This document shows positions 55,569 to 64,000 of a stretch of DNA of 64,000 nt, piece after piece. Position 1 is the stretch's first letter. Every line of letters begins with the position of its first letter. Source of the DNA: a bacterium (lineage in GTDB: Bacteria > UBA8248); the NCBI GenBank assembly GCA_965204535.1, contig OZ241996.1:576001-640000 (forward strand). The letters are read 5' to 3'. Both the position numbers and the translations under genes were made by a program. The notes below the pieces were generated by a model. The model was not told where the DNA came from, did no database searches, and saw only the letters and a program-made list of their open reading frames with translations.

Positions 55569-56753
55569 ATGAAAGACGTCGTCATTCTCAGCAGCGTTCG
55601 TTCCCCGGGCGGAGCCTTCGGCGGCACGCTCAAAGGCATGACCGCACCGGAGATGGGTGTTCACATCGCGCGCGAGGCGGTTCAGAGATCAGGCGTGGAG
55701 CCCGAACATTTCGACGAGACCATCATCGGCCACGGCTGGCAGGCGGGGGTGGGGCCCAATTCCGCGCGGCTCATCTCGGTGGGCGCGGGGCTTCCCAAGG
55801 AGACGCCCGCTTACACCATTAACAAGCGCTGCGGTTCGAGCATCAAGGCCGCAGCCCTGGCTGCGCAGGCAATCCGCGCGGGCGATGCGGATGTCGTTCT
55901 CGCGGGCGGCGTGGAGAGCACCTCCAACGTGCCCTTCGTGAACCCGGGCGCGCGGTGGGGAAACCGCTTCGGGCACGCGCAGTTTCTGGACCTGATCTAC
56001 AAGGACGGCTATGAGGACCCGCTCTCGGGGCAGCTCATGGGCGTGACGGCCGAGAATCTGGTGGAAAAATACAATCTGAGCCGCGAGGAGCAGGATGAGT
56101 ACGCGCTCGAAAGCCAGGAGAAGGCCGTGGCGGCCGTCGAGGGCGGAAAGTTCGCCGATGAGATCGTGCCGGTCGAGCTGAAAGGCCGAAAGGGCGAGGT
56201 GAACGTGTTCGATAAGGACGAGACGCCGCGCAGCGGCATGTCGATGGAAAAACTGGGCCGCCTCAGGCCCGTCTTCGACAAGAACGGCTCCGTCACCCCC
56301 GGGAATTCCTGCTGTCAGGCGGATGCGGCCTCCGCCCTCGTGCTTGCGTCCAGGGAAAAGGCGGACGAGTTGGGCGCGAAGCCCGTCGCCGTCCTGCGCG
56401 GCTACGCCTCGACGGGCGTGGAGCCCCGCTACATGGGGCTGGGACCCGTGACGGCTATGCCTAAAGCGCTCGAACGCGCGGGGCTGGCGCTTGCGGACAT
56501 GGATTTGATCGAGGTGAACGAGGCGTTCGCCGCCCAGGTCATCGCCTGCGAGCGCGAACTCGAGTGGGACAGGAAAAAGCTGAACGTGCACGGCGGCGCC
56601 ATCGCGCTCGGCCATCCGGTGGGCGCAACGGGCGGAAAGATTATCGCCACCTGCCTGAGCGCGCTCGAGCAAAGGGGCGGGCAGTTCGGCGTCGTGAGCG
56701 CCTGCATCGGCGGGGGCCAGGGGGTGGCCGTCGTCCTGGAGCGCGTCGCATAG
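55569..56753 (+). CDS. Acetyl-CoA C-acetyltransferase (thiolase)
   Basis: NKRCGSS, NEAFA, GAIALGHPVGATG, CIGGGQG. Confidence 0.93.
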   Translation: MKDVVILSSVRSPGGAFGGTLKGMTAPEMGVHIAREAVQRSGVEPEHFDETIIGHGWQAGVGPNSARLISVGAGLPKETPAYTINKRCGSSIKAAALAAQAIRAGDADVVLAGGVESTSNVPFVNPGARWGNRFGHAQFLDLIYKDGYEDPLSGQLMGVTAENLVEKYNLSREEQDEYALESQEKAVAAVEGGKFADEIVPVELKGRKGEVNVFDKDETPRSGMSMEKLGRLRPVFDKNGSVTPGNSCCQADAASALVLASREKADELGAKPVAVLRGYASTGVEPRYMGLGPVTAMPKALERAGLALADMDLIEVNEAFAAQVIACERELEWDRKKLNVHGGAIALGHPVGATGGKIIATCLSALEQRGGQFGVVSACIGGGQGVAVVLERVA

Positions 56754-56792
56754 GCGCGATAGTTGTAAGGTTGAGCAAAACCAGAGGGTGAG

Positions 56793-57647
56793 ATGGGAAT
56801 GGAAAAGGCAATGGTGGTGGGCGCGGGTACGATGGGCGCAGGGATCGCCCAGCTTTTCGCGCAAAACGAGATTCCGGTGGTCCTGACGGATCTGAGCGAA
56901 GAGATGGTGGCGAAGGCGATTTCGGGGCTTGAGGCGCGCGTCGCCAAGCGCGTCGAGCAGGGCAAGATGTCTGCCGAGGCGAAAGACGCCGTTTTCTCGC
57001 GCATCACGCCTGCGACGGGCTACGCGAAAGCGGCGGATGCGGACGTTGTCGTCGAGGCCGTTTTCGAGGATATGGATATCAAGAAGGAAGTGCTGGGCGC
57101 GCTGGATGAAGCCGCGCCCGAGCGCGCGGTTTTCGCATCGAACACCACCTCGCTCTCCATCACCGAGATGGCGGCGGCCACATCGAGGCCCGAGAAGGTC
57201 GTGGGCGTGCACTTTTTCAACCCGCCGCTGGTGATGAAGCTCGTCGAGATCATGCCGGGTCTCGGCACCTCGAAAGAGACGGTGGAGGCGGCCCGCGCCC
57301 TGGCCGAGCGGCTCGGCAAGACGCCCGTGATGGCGAATTTCGACAGCCCGGCGGGCATCGGCAGCCGCGTGCTGGCGGGAATGCTCAACGAGGCGGTGGA
57401 AGTCTATGCGGGCGGTCTGGCCTCCGCCGAGGACATCGACAAGGCGATGAAGATGGGCGCAGGCCTGGCCATGGGGCCGCTCGAACTCATCGACCTGATC
57501 GGCGTGGATATCCACCTCGCCAAGACGGAGACGCTCTACCGCGAACTGGGCGATACGCGCTACCGGCCCAACTTCCTGCTGCGCAAGATGGTCAAGGCGG
57601 GCCACCTGGGCCGAAAGGCCGGCCGCGGTTTCTTCACCTACGAGTAA
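56793..57647 (+). CDS. 3-hydroxyacyl-CoA (3-hydroxybutyryl-CoA) dehydrogenase
   Basis: GAGTMGAGIA, EAVFED, SNTTSL, HFFNP, LGRKAGRGF. Confidence 0.92.
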   Translation: MGMEKAMVVGAGTMGAGIAQLFAQNEIPVVLTDLSEEMVAKAISGLEARVAKRVEQGKMSAEAKDAVFSRITPATGYAKAADADVVVEAVFEDMDIKKEVLGALDEAAPERAVFASNTTSLSITEMAAATSRPEKVVGVHFFNPPLVMKLVEIMPGLGTSKETVEAARALAERLGKTPVMANFDSPAGIGSRVLAGMLNEAVEVYAGGLASAEDIDKAMKMGAGLAMGPLELIDLIGVDIHLAKTETLYRELGDTRYRPNFLLRKMVKAGHLGRKAGRGFFTYE

Positions 57648-57668
57648 GCCTCCCATCCTGAGACGACC

Positions 57669-58820
57669 GTGGACTTTGAACTCAACGAGACCCAGCGGCT
57701 GATCAAGGAGACGGCGGCGGAGTTCGCCCAACGGCGGATCGTCCCCGTCGCCCGGGAGAACGACGAGAAAGAACGTTATCCGGCGGACATCGTCGCCGAG
57801 ATGGGCGCGTTGGGCATGTTCGGCGGGCCTATCCCTGAGGAATACGGCGGCGCGGGCCTCGACTACATCTCCTACGCCATTATGAACGAGGAGATCAGCA
57901 AGGCGTGCAGTTCGGTGCGCACCGTCTTGTCGGTGCAGATCTCTCTCGTCGCCACCACGATCCTGAAGTGGGGGAGTGAGGCGCAGAAGCAGAAATATCT
58001 TCCCAGACTCTGCTCGGCGGAGTGGATCGGGTGTTTCGGCCTCACCGAGCCGGATGTGGGCTCAGACGCGCAGCACCTGAAGACCTTCGCGGAGAAGACG
58101 CCTGGCGGCTGGAAACTGAACGGCCAGAAGATATGGATCAGCAACGGAGGCGTCGCGCAGCTTGCGCTCGTGATCGCGCAGACCGATCGCGAGAACCCCC
58201 GCAAGATGGCGGCCTTTCTGGTGGAGACCGACTCGCCCGGCTTCGAGGCCAGGACGATGCACGGGAAGCTGGGACTCAGGAGTTCGAACACCGCCGAGCT
58301 ATTCCTGGCGAACGTGGAAGTGCCCGATGACGCCTTGATGGGGGAGGTGGGCGATGGCTTTAAGGTCGCGATGAGCGCGCTCGACAACGGGCGCTATTCG
58401 GTGGGCGCGGGTTGCCTGGGAATAGCGCAGGGCTCCTTAGAGGCGTCGGTCGCCTACGCGAAGGAGCGCCGCACGTTCGGTAAGCCCATCGCCGCGCACC
58501 AGCTCGTGCAGGACATGATCGCCCGCATGGTGGTCGACATCGACGCGAGCAGGCTCCTGCTCTACCGGGCGGGAGAACTCAAGAACGCGAGCAAGCCGAA
58601 TACGCGCGAGACTTCCATCGCCAAATACTATTGCACCGAGGCGGCCCTTCGCTGCGCGAACGACGCGATTCAGATTCACGGCGGAATGGGCTACAGCAAC
58701 GAATATCCCGTGGAGCGCTACATGCGCGACGCGCGCGTGGCGACCATCTACGAGGGAACCAGCCAGATCCAGAAGCTCATCATCGCAGGCTTTGAAACCG
58801 GAATCCGCGCGTTCGCTTGA
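57669..58820 (+). CDS. Acyl-CoA dehydrogenase
   Basis: GCFGLTEPDVGSD, NGQKIWISNG, IQIHGGMGY, IYEGTSQIQ. Confidence 0.93.
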   Translation: MDFELNETQRLIKETAAEFAQRRIVPVARENDEKERYPADIVAEMGALGMFGGPIPEEYGGAGLDYISYAIMNEEISKACSSVRTVLSVQISLVATTILKWGSEAQKQKYLPRLCSAEWIGCFGLTEPDVGSDAQHLKTFAEKTPGGWKLNGQKIWISNGGVAQLALVIAQTDRENPRKMAAFLVETDSPGFEARTMHGKLGLRSSNTAELFLANVEVPDDALMGEVGDGFKVAMSALDNGRYSVGAGCLGIAQGSLEASVAYAKERRTFGKPIAAHQLVQDMIARMVVDIDASRLLLYRAGELKNASKPNTRETSIAKYYCTEAALRCANDAIQIHGGMGYSNEYPVERYMRDARVATIYEGTSQIQKLIIAGFETGIRAFA

Positions 58821-58891
58821 GTGAGATATCCGGTTCTATTTCTTCGGTGAGCCACTGACACCCGGAAATTCAAATCCTTTCCGGTTCCGGG

Positions 58892-59818
58892 CTATGCCTT
58901 TTTCCTTCTAGCGCGGCGTTTCCGGGGTTTCGGCGCCGGGCGTTCTTTCAGGAACCAGTCGAGTATCTGCTCGCCGTCCCAGCAGACCACCCCCGGTTTC
59001 GACAGGATATGCTCGAAGGTCTCGCGCACGTATTTGATCCGGTGCGGCGAACCCGAGAGATAAGGGTGCATGGCGATCGACATCACCTTGGTGGATTCGT
59101 GGCTTTCGGCATAAACGGTCTCGAAGTAATCAATCGCGCGGTCGCGGAAGACCCGGGACTCATGGTACTGGATCGCCATGCTCACGATGTCGTGGAGCTC
59201 GTAGTTGTAGGGCAGTGCCACGACCGTCTTGCCGACCGTCGTCTTCACGTGCACCGGCTGGTCGTCGAGCACCCAGTCGCCGATGTATTCGACCCCGGCT
59301 TCGGCGAGAAGATCCAGCGTCTGGTAGGTCTGGGTCAGCCCCGGACCGAACCAGCCGCGCGGCCTCTTGCCGCAGAATTCCGTGATGATGTCCATGCACT
59401 CCTCGATCGTCGCGCGCTCGTCGTCTAGTTTGTGCATGGGTATCTGCTCGTAGGAGTGGGCGTTGAACTCCCAGCCCGCTTCCAGGCAGGCCCCGGCGAC
59501 TTGCGGGTATTCCAGGCAGGTGCGGGCGTTCAGCGTCACCGTCGGTCGTACGCCCAGATCGTCCAGCATGCGCTTGATGCGCCACACGCCGACCCGCATG
59601 CCGTATTCGTGCCAGCTCCAGTTGGGATGATCGGGGAGCATCGGCACCCCCTGGGGCGGGGGTATCACCATGCGCGCCATGGGCCGGACGATGTCCCACA
59701 CCTCCAGCGCCAGTACCGGCCAGAGCACCAGGCGTGCGCCTCCGGGAAGTTTGAGCGGTTTGCGATCGACGATGGCCGAATAGGGCAGGCGGTCGCCGGG
59801 CCTCATGCCTTCTTTCAT
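58892..59818 (-). CDS. Polysaccharide deacetylase family protein (PuuE allantoinase-like)
   Basis: YSAIVDRKPLKLP, WHEYGMRVG, AHSYEQ, PRGWFGPG, IAMHPY. Confidence 0.8.
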   Translation of the reverse strand: MKEGMRPGDRLPYSAIVDRKPLKLPGGARLVLWPVLALEVWDIVRPMARMVIPPPQGVPMLPDHPNWSWHEYGMRVGVWRIKRMLDDLGVRPTVTLNARTCLEYPQVAGACLEAGWEFNAHSYEQIPMHKLDDERATIEECMDIITEFCGKRPRGWFGPGLTQTYQTLDLLAEAGVEYIGDWVLDDQPVHVKTTVGKTVVALPYNYELHDIVSMAIQYHESRVFRDRAIDYFETVYAESHESTKVMSIAMHPYLSGSPHRIKYVRETFEHILSKPGVVCWDGEQILDWFLKERPAPKPRKRRARRKKA

Positions 59819-60022
59819 GTCTTGTCTCCGAATAGGTTGCGCCCGACCGGATGGAGCGGCGCGCGGTTTTTTTGCCGTGAATATAACATAGTCGCGAAGG
59901 CGCGGCGGGCAACCGCGCCCTGGGACTTCATTTCAAAATCGACGCGCGCGGTATATGGCTCGTTTCCCGAGCCGATGCCGGCCGCCGGGAAGCGCCCCGG
60001 TGCGCCCTTGATTCGCCTGTTT

Positions 60023-60607
60023 CTAGGGCTTCCAGGCTTCGGGCGGCGCCGCCACGTCGCGCGGGTGGCCGTCTCGGGAGAGGCGGTCGCGGAACCAATC
60101 CTCGTTCACCCGGTTCGTGTAGGGGTCCATGACGGCCATGTCGCAGAATATCTCGATGCAGTTGCCGGACGGGTCTGCGATGTAGAGCGCGTGGTTCTCG
60201 CCCCAGAAGCCGTCTCCTTCGGGGTGGGTGGGGCTGTGGATGGAAGGCCCCCAGAAGATTTCAACGCCCTTTTCTTCGAGATAAGACGCCCACTCCTCGA
60301 TTTGCGTGCGGTCTTCCACCTCGAACGCGATGTGGTGCAGGCCCGTCTGCAAGGAGAAGAAGGAGCGCTCCTCGGGCGGGGCGGGGCCTTCGCCCTCGGG
60401 CCAGAAGATGAGGTTCATGTCGTGGTGAAGCTCCGTGCACCGCATGAAGCAAAGCCCGAAGGGGAAATCGCCCACCGTGCCCGGCTCGAATATCTCCGAG
60501 ACGGTGAAGCCCAGCGTATTGACGTAGAAATCCTTGGCCGCCTCGATGTCGTGCACCTTGATGGCGGCGTGTTGGAGCCGCGTGAAGCCCCCCGATGGTC
60601 TCGGCAT
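60023..60607 (-). CDS. VOC family protein (extradiol dioxygenase-like His/His/Glu metal site)
   Basis: LQHAAIKV, FMRCTELHHD, GLHHIAFEV, DPSGNCIE. Confidence 0.8.
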   Translation of the reverse strand: MPRPSGGFTRLQHAAIKVHDIEAAKDFYVNTLGFTVSEIFEPGTVGDFPFGLCFMRCTELHHDMNLIFWPEGEGPAPPEERSFFSLQTGLHHIAFEVEDRTQIEEWASYLEEKGVEIFWGPSIHSPTHPEGDGFWGENHALYIADPSGNCIEIFCDMAVMDPYTNRVNEDWFRDRLSRDGHPRDVAAPPEAWKP

Positions 60608-60640
60608 GAAAAAATCTCCTCCGCTGTTATGAATCCATTC

Positions 60641-61777
60641 TTATGAGTCGATGCAGGCCCAGGAATCCCTGCCCAGATCCCCCAGTCCCTCGCAGCCGTC
60701 CTCGGTGACGGCGACGGCGTCTTCTATCTTCACGTGGCCGACCTCCGCGTGGCGGATGTCGCATTCGACGGACACCACCATGCCCGCCTCCAGCTTACGC
60801 TCCACCTCGGGGCCGAAGCGCGGCAACTCCTGCTGCACCATGCCGATGCCGTGCACCTCGAAAATTCCCATGTCGGCGAAGCCGGTGTCCGCGAACGCCT
60901 GGTGTCCCCGCTCATGCACCGATGCGCAACTCGCCCCGGCCCGGATGGCGTCCCGGCAGGCGTCGACCGAGTGGAGACAGGCTTTGTGCAATTCCTCGGC
61001 CAGAGCGGACGGTTCGCCCCGCACCCCCATGCGGCAGATGTCGGACATGTAGCCCGCCTCGGAGCCGCCCGCGTCGATGTGGAGGATTTCCCCTTTCTCC
61101 CAGATTTTATCCGAGGGCTCGCGACGCATGCCGGGTCCCGCCGCCGTGAAGGCGTAGTGGAAATGGAGCCCGCGCCGCACCATTTCCTCTTCCACCCTTT
61201 GCTCGATTCTTCTGGTCGTTACGTCGCGCGCTCCCTCCTGAAAGCCGGCCTGGATGGCTTCTGAATCCGCAAGCGCCGCACGCCGGAATATCGCAAGCTC
61301 GTCCTCGCGCTTCACGGCGCGCAACTCTTCGAGAATCTCCAGCGAATCGACGAACCTTGCGCCGTGGAGTTCGCGCGCAAGCGCTTCCATCGCATCCACC
61401 GGCATGAAGGCGCGCTCGACGGCGATGGTTCCCTCGGCGAGGCCCCGCTTCCTGATCGCTTCAGCGGCCGTCTCGGAGGCGCCGACGGTTCCCCGCGCCT
61501 TCGTGTAGATGACATCGGGTATCCAGGTATCCACCTCGTTTCGCGGAGACGCCTCGACGCGCCATGCCACCTGAAAGGCGTTCTCGGAGTTTTCCCGCAG
61601 AATCCCCACGAAGGGGAGGTACTGGCTCGGTCCGATGGCGGCCACCCGCTCGCGGAAATGGAAGTAATAGCCGCCCGACAGGTAGCGGATGTTGTGGGGC
61701 GTGTGCGCGAGCAAGAGGTCGATGCCCGCATCTTCCATCAGGCGGGCGAGTTTTTGCTCGTCGTACAGCGGCTTCAT
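60641..61777 (-). CDS. M24 family (Xaa-Pro peptidase-like) hydrolase
   Basis: Metal ligands retained: HIDAGG...SDICR, HGIG, SVE, KIED. Confidence 0.85.
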   Translation of the reverse strand: MKPLYDEQKLARLMEDAGIDLLLAHTPHNIRYLSGGYYFHFRERVAAIGPSQYLPFVGILRENSENAFQVAWRVEASPRNEVDTWIPDVIYTKARGTVGASETAAEAIRKRGLAEGTIAVERAFMPVDAMEALARELHGARFVDSLEILEELRAVKREDELAIFRRAALADSEAIQAGFQEGARDVTTRRIEQRVEEEMVRRGLHFHYAFTAAGPGMRREPSDKIWEKGEILHIDAGGSEAGYMSDICRMGVRGEPSALAEELHKACLHSVDACRDAIRAGASCASVHERGHQAFADTGFADMGIFEVHGIGMVQQELPRFGPEVERKLEAGMVVSVECDIRHAEVGHVKIEDAVAVTEDGCEGLGDLGRDSWACIDS

Positions 61778-62907
61778 CAGTCGACGACCACCCAGTCCTC
61801 GCGCCCCAGGTCGCCCAGGGGTTCGTAGCCGTCCGCCGTCACCGCCACGGCGTCTTCCACCTTCACGTAGCCCACCTCGGGATGGCGGATGTCGGTCTCT
61901 ATCGACACCACCATGCCCTCTTCGAGCGCTCTCTCTACACCCGGGCCGAAATAGGGCTGCTCGTGCGAAACCATGCCGATGCCGTGGATGATGAAGTTTC
62001 CGTATTCCCCGTGCTCAGTGTTCTTGAGGTAGCTCCAGCCCTCCTCATAAATATCACCGCACACCGCGCCTGCGCGAATCTCGGCGCGCACGTGATCCTG
62101 CGTTCCGAGACAGGCCTTGTAGAGTTCGTCCGCAAGCGGCGTGGGCTCGCCCCGCACCCCCATCCGGCAGATGTCGGTCAGGTAGTCGGATTCCGAGCCG
62201 CCCGCGTCCAGATGGAGTACCTCGCCCTTTTCCCAGACTTTCCCGGACGGAGCGCGCAGCATGCCCGGCCCCGCGGCGGCGAAGACCCACAGGAAGTGGA
62301 GGCCCCTGTCCGTCATGCCCCGTTCCACGGCGTGGGCGACGTCGCGCGTCGTGGCGCCGGGCCTGGCCGTCTCGAAAGCGTCGCGAATGGCTTCCGCGTC
62401 CGCCAGGGAGATGCGGCGGTAGATTTCGATCTCCTCGGGCGTCTTGATGGCGCGAAGCTCCTCGAGAATCGGGAGCGCTTCGACGAAGGTCGCGTTCGGC
62501 AGTTCGCTCATGAGCGTATCCTTGGCGATGGCGGGCAGGAAGTTGCCCTCCACGGCGATGGCGCCGCTCCCGAGGCCGCGCTCCGAGATGGCTTGCGCGG
62601 CGTCTTTGGCGGCTTCGGCCGGATATCTGCCTGAGGGGATAAGCTCGGGTATCCAGAGGTTCTGGTCCTGCGCCTGGCCGCGCTCGCCGGTTCCGCCGAT
62701 CAGGAACGATTTTCCGGCGTCGCCGCGCGGGATGCCCGCCAGCGCCATGTACTGGCCGCGCCCCATGGACGTGAACCTCTCGTGAAAGTGATAGTAATAG
62801 CCGCCGCACAGGTAGCGCACGTTCTCGCGCGAGTTGGCCAGAACGAGGTCCACGCCGGCTTCGCTCATGAGGCGGTCCAGTTTTTCCCCGTCATAGGGTG
62901 GTTGCAT
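61777..62907 (-). CDS. M24 family (Xaa-Pro peptidase-like) hydrolase, tandem paralog
   Basis: HLDAGG...TDICR, HGIGMVSHE, SIE, KVED; colinear with the downstream gene; GGAGG RBS before ATG 62907. Confidence 0.85.
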   Translation of the reverse strand: MQPPYDGEKLDRLMSEAGVDLVLANSRENVRYLCGGYYYHFHERFTSMGRGQYMALAGIPRGDAGKSFLIGGTGERGQAQDQNLWIPELIPSGRYPAEAAKDAAQAISERGLGSGAIAVEGNFLPAIAKDTLMSELPNATFVEALPILEELRAIKTPEEIEIYRRISLADAEAIRDAFETARPGATTRDVAHAVERGMTDRGLHFLWVFAAAGPGMLRAPSGKVWEKGEVLHLDAGGSESDYLTDICRMGVRGEPTPLADELYKACLGTQDHVRAEIRAGAVCGDIYEEGWSYLKNTEHGEYGNFIIHGIGMVSHEQPYFGPGVERALEEGMVVSIETDIRHPEVGYVKVEDAVAVTADGYEPLGDLGREDWVVVD

Positions 62908-63048
62908 GGAAAATCCTCCAATTTTCATTTGCCTGGAAATGTCTGAGATGATTGTTAGTAGCTTGTCTCATCCTCGCGCAGAAATCGGTGAGGGTCAAAC
63001 CGAAACCCCGTTGGTATAGAGCGCAGCCTCGACTGGCCCGCGGTGGCC

Positions 63049-64000
63049 TCAAGCGAGGAGGCCGAGCTCTTTTTTCTTCGCCTCCACGTCGATTCCGAAG
63101 AGCCTGGCCTGGTTCTCGCCGAGAATGTTTCGCTTGTCCTGTTCCGTGATGGGGGGGTAGCCGTATCGCTCCTGCAACTCCTCGTCGATCTCCATCTCCC
63201 AGAACCACTCGATCATGGGCTGGGGATTGCCCAGCAGGGGGGCTTCCGAGCCCCACAGGATTCGCTCCGAGCCTACGTCGCGCAAGAGCCTGCCCATGTA
63301 TTCCTTGAACTGCCAGGGCGCGATGAGGGGGAGGTGCATCGTGCCCGACAGGACGAGCACCACGTTCTCGAAGCGCGCCGCGATGTAGACGCATTCCTCG
63401 AAATAGGGGAGCGCCAGATGGTGGATGGCGAAGGTGAGGTCGGGGAAATCCATGGCCGCCTGCTGGATGTCGAGCGGCGTCAGGTCTTCCAGTCGCGCGC
63501 GGGTGATGGGAAAGCCCTTGTGGTACTGGAACACGTTGAGCCCCAGCTCGCGGCCTTTCTCGTATATCGGATAGGCGAGTTCGGGGTCGTCGCACCGCCA
63601 GGAATTTCTGTCGATGTGGGCGTTGTAGAACTTCACCGAGCGCGCGCCCATCTCCGTCACCTGGCGTTCGAGTTCCTCGAGCGCGCCCTCGACGCTCGGG
63701 TACTTGGGGTCCACTCCGCCGCAGAAGAGAACGCGCTCGGGATTCGCGCAGGCGAAATCGTATTGCGCCTGAACGGGGGAGAAGCCCTCCTTGTAGACGT
63801 CGTAGAGCACGACCGCCTGCGCCATTGCCATGTCGGTCTCGGAATCCTCAAAAACCAGCCTGCCGAGTTCATCGCAGGTCCATTTCCGGGCGAATCCGCC
63901 GATGGCGTCTCCGCCCGCGTAGACGTCCTCCTGGCCCGCGGGGCGCCTTCCCTTGCCGATCCGCAGGTGCCAGAGGCGATCGAGTCCGCTGTCCGGGCGG
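63049..64000 (-). CDS. Amidohydrolase_2 family protein (start lies beyond the window end)
   Basis: YHKG, HHLALP, ILWGSE, ILGENQARL; the frame is open to the window end. Confidence 0.8.
   Translation of the reverse strand, partial: RPDSGLDRLWHLRIGKGRRPAGQEDVYAGGDAIGGFARKWTCDELGRLVFEDSETDMAMAQAVVLYDVYKEGFSPVQAQYDFACANPERVLFCGGVDPKYPSVEGALEELERQVTEMGARSVKFYNAHIDRNSWRCDDPELAYPIYEKGRELGLNVFQYHKGFPITRARLEDLTPLDIQQAAMDFPDLTFAIHHLALPYFEECVYIAARFENVVLVLSGTMHLPLIAPWQFKEYMGRLLRDVGSERILWGSEAPLLGNPQPMIEWFWEMEIDEELQERYGYPPITEQDKRNILGENQARLFGIDVEAKKKELGLLA

Overview
GC-rich bacterial chromosomal window, with the gene content of an uncultured heterotroph. It is rich in solute uptake (two branched-chain-amino-acid-type ABC systems, a TRAP system, an NCS2-like permease, an MMPL transporter) and catabolic enzymes. 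It also carries aceEF, a core block (site-2 protease, trpS, ileS, lspA, RluA/RluD-family synthase) and a thiolase/hbd/acyl-CoA dehydrogenase operon. The most notable feature is missed by the ORF track: a probable selenoprotein (10793..11545, minus strand) in which a glutaredoxin-like UxxC domain, with an in-frame TGA and a SECIS-like hairpin, is fused to a DinB/thiol-S-transferase-like domain. It lies divergently from a permease and a flavin disulfide reductase. Intergenic regions hold several REP-like palindrome families and a modular MITE-like element with terminal inverted repeats and target-site duplications. These bracket small accessory cassettes: AAA_21 ATPase plus DUF4276-like protein, orphan higA with a higB stub, a minimal restriction-modification pair, a Y-family polymerase plus Zn-ribbon protein, and a DUF2442-like pseudogene between two synonymously diverged copies of a cupin gene 3' end. 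No rRNA, tRNA, CRISPR array or transposase gene was recognised. All family assignments come from motif recognition by eye, not database searches.
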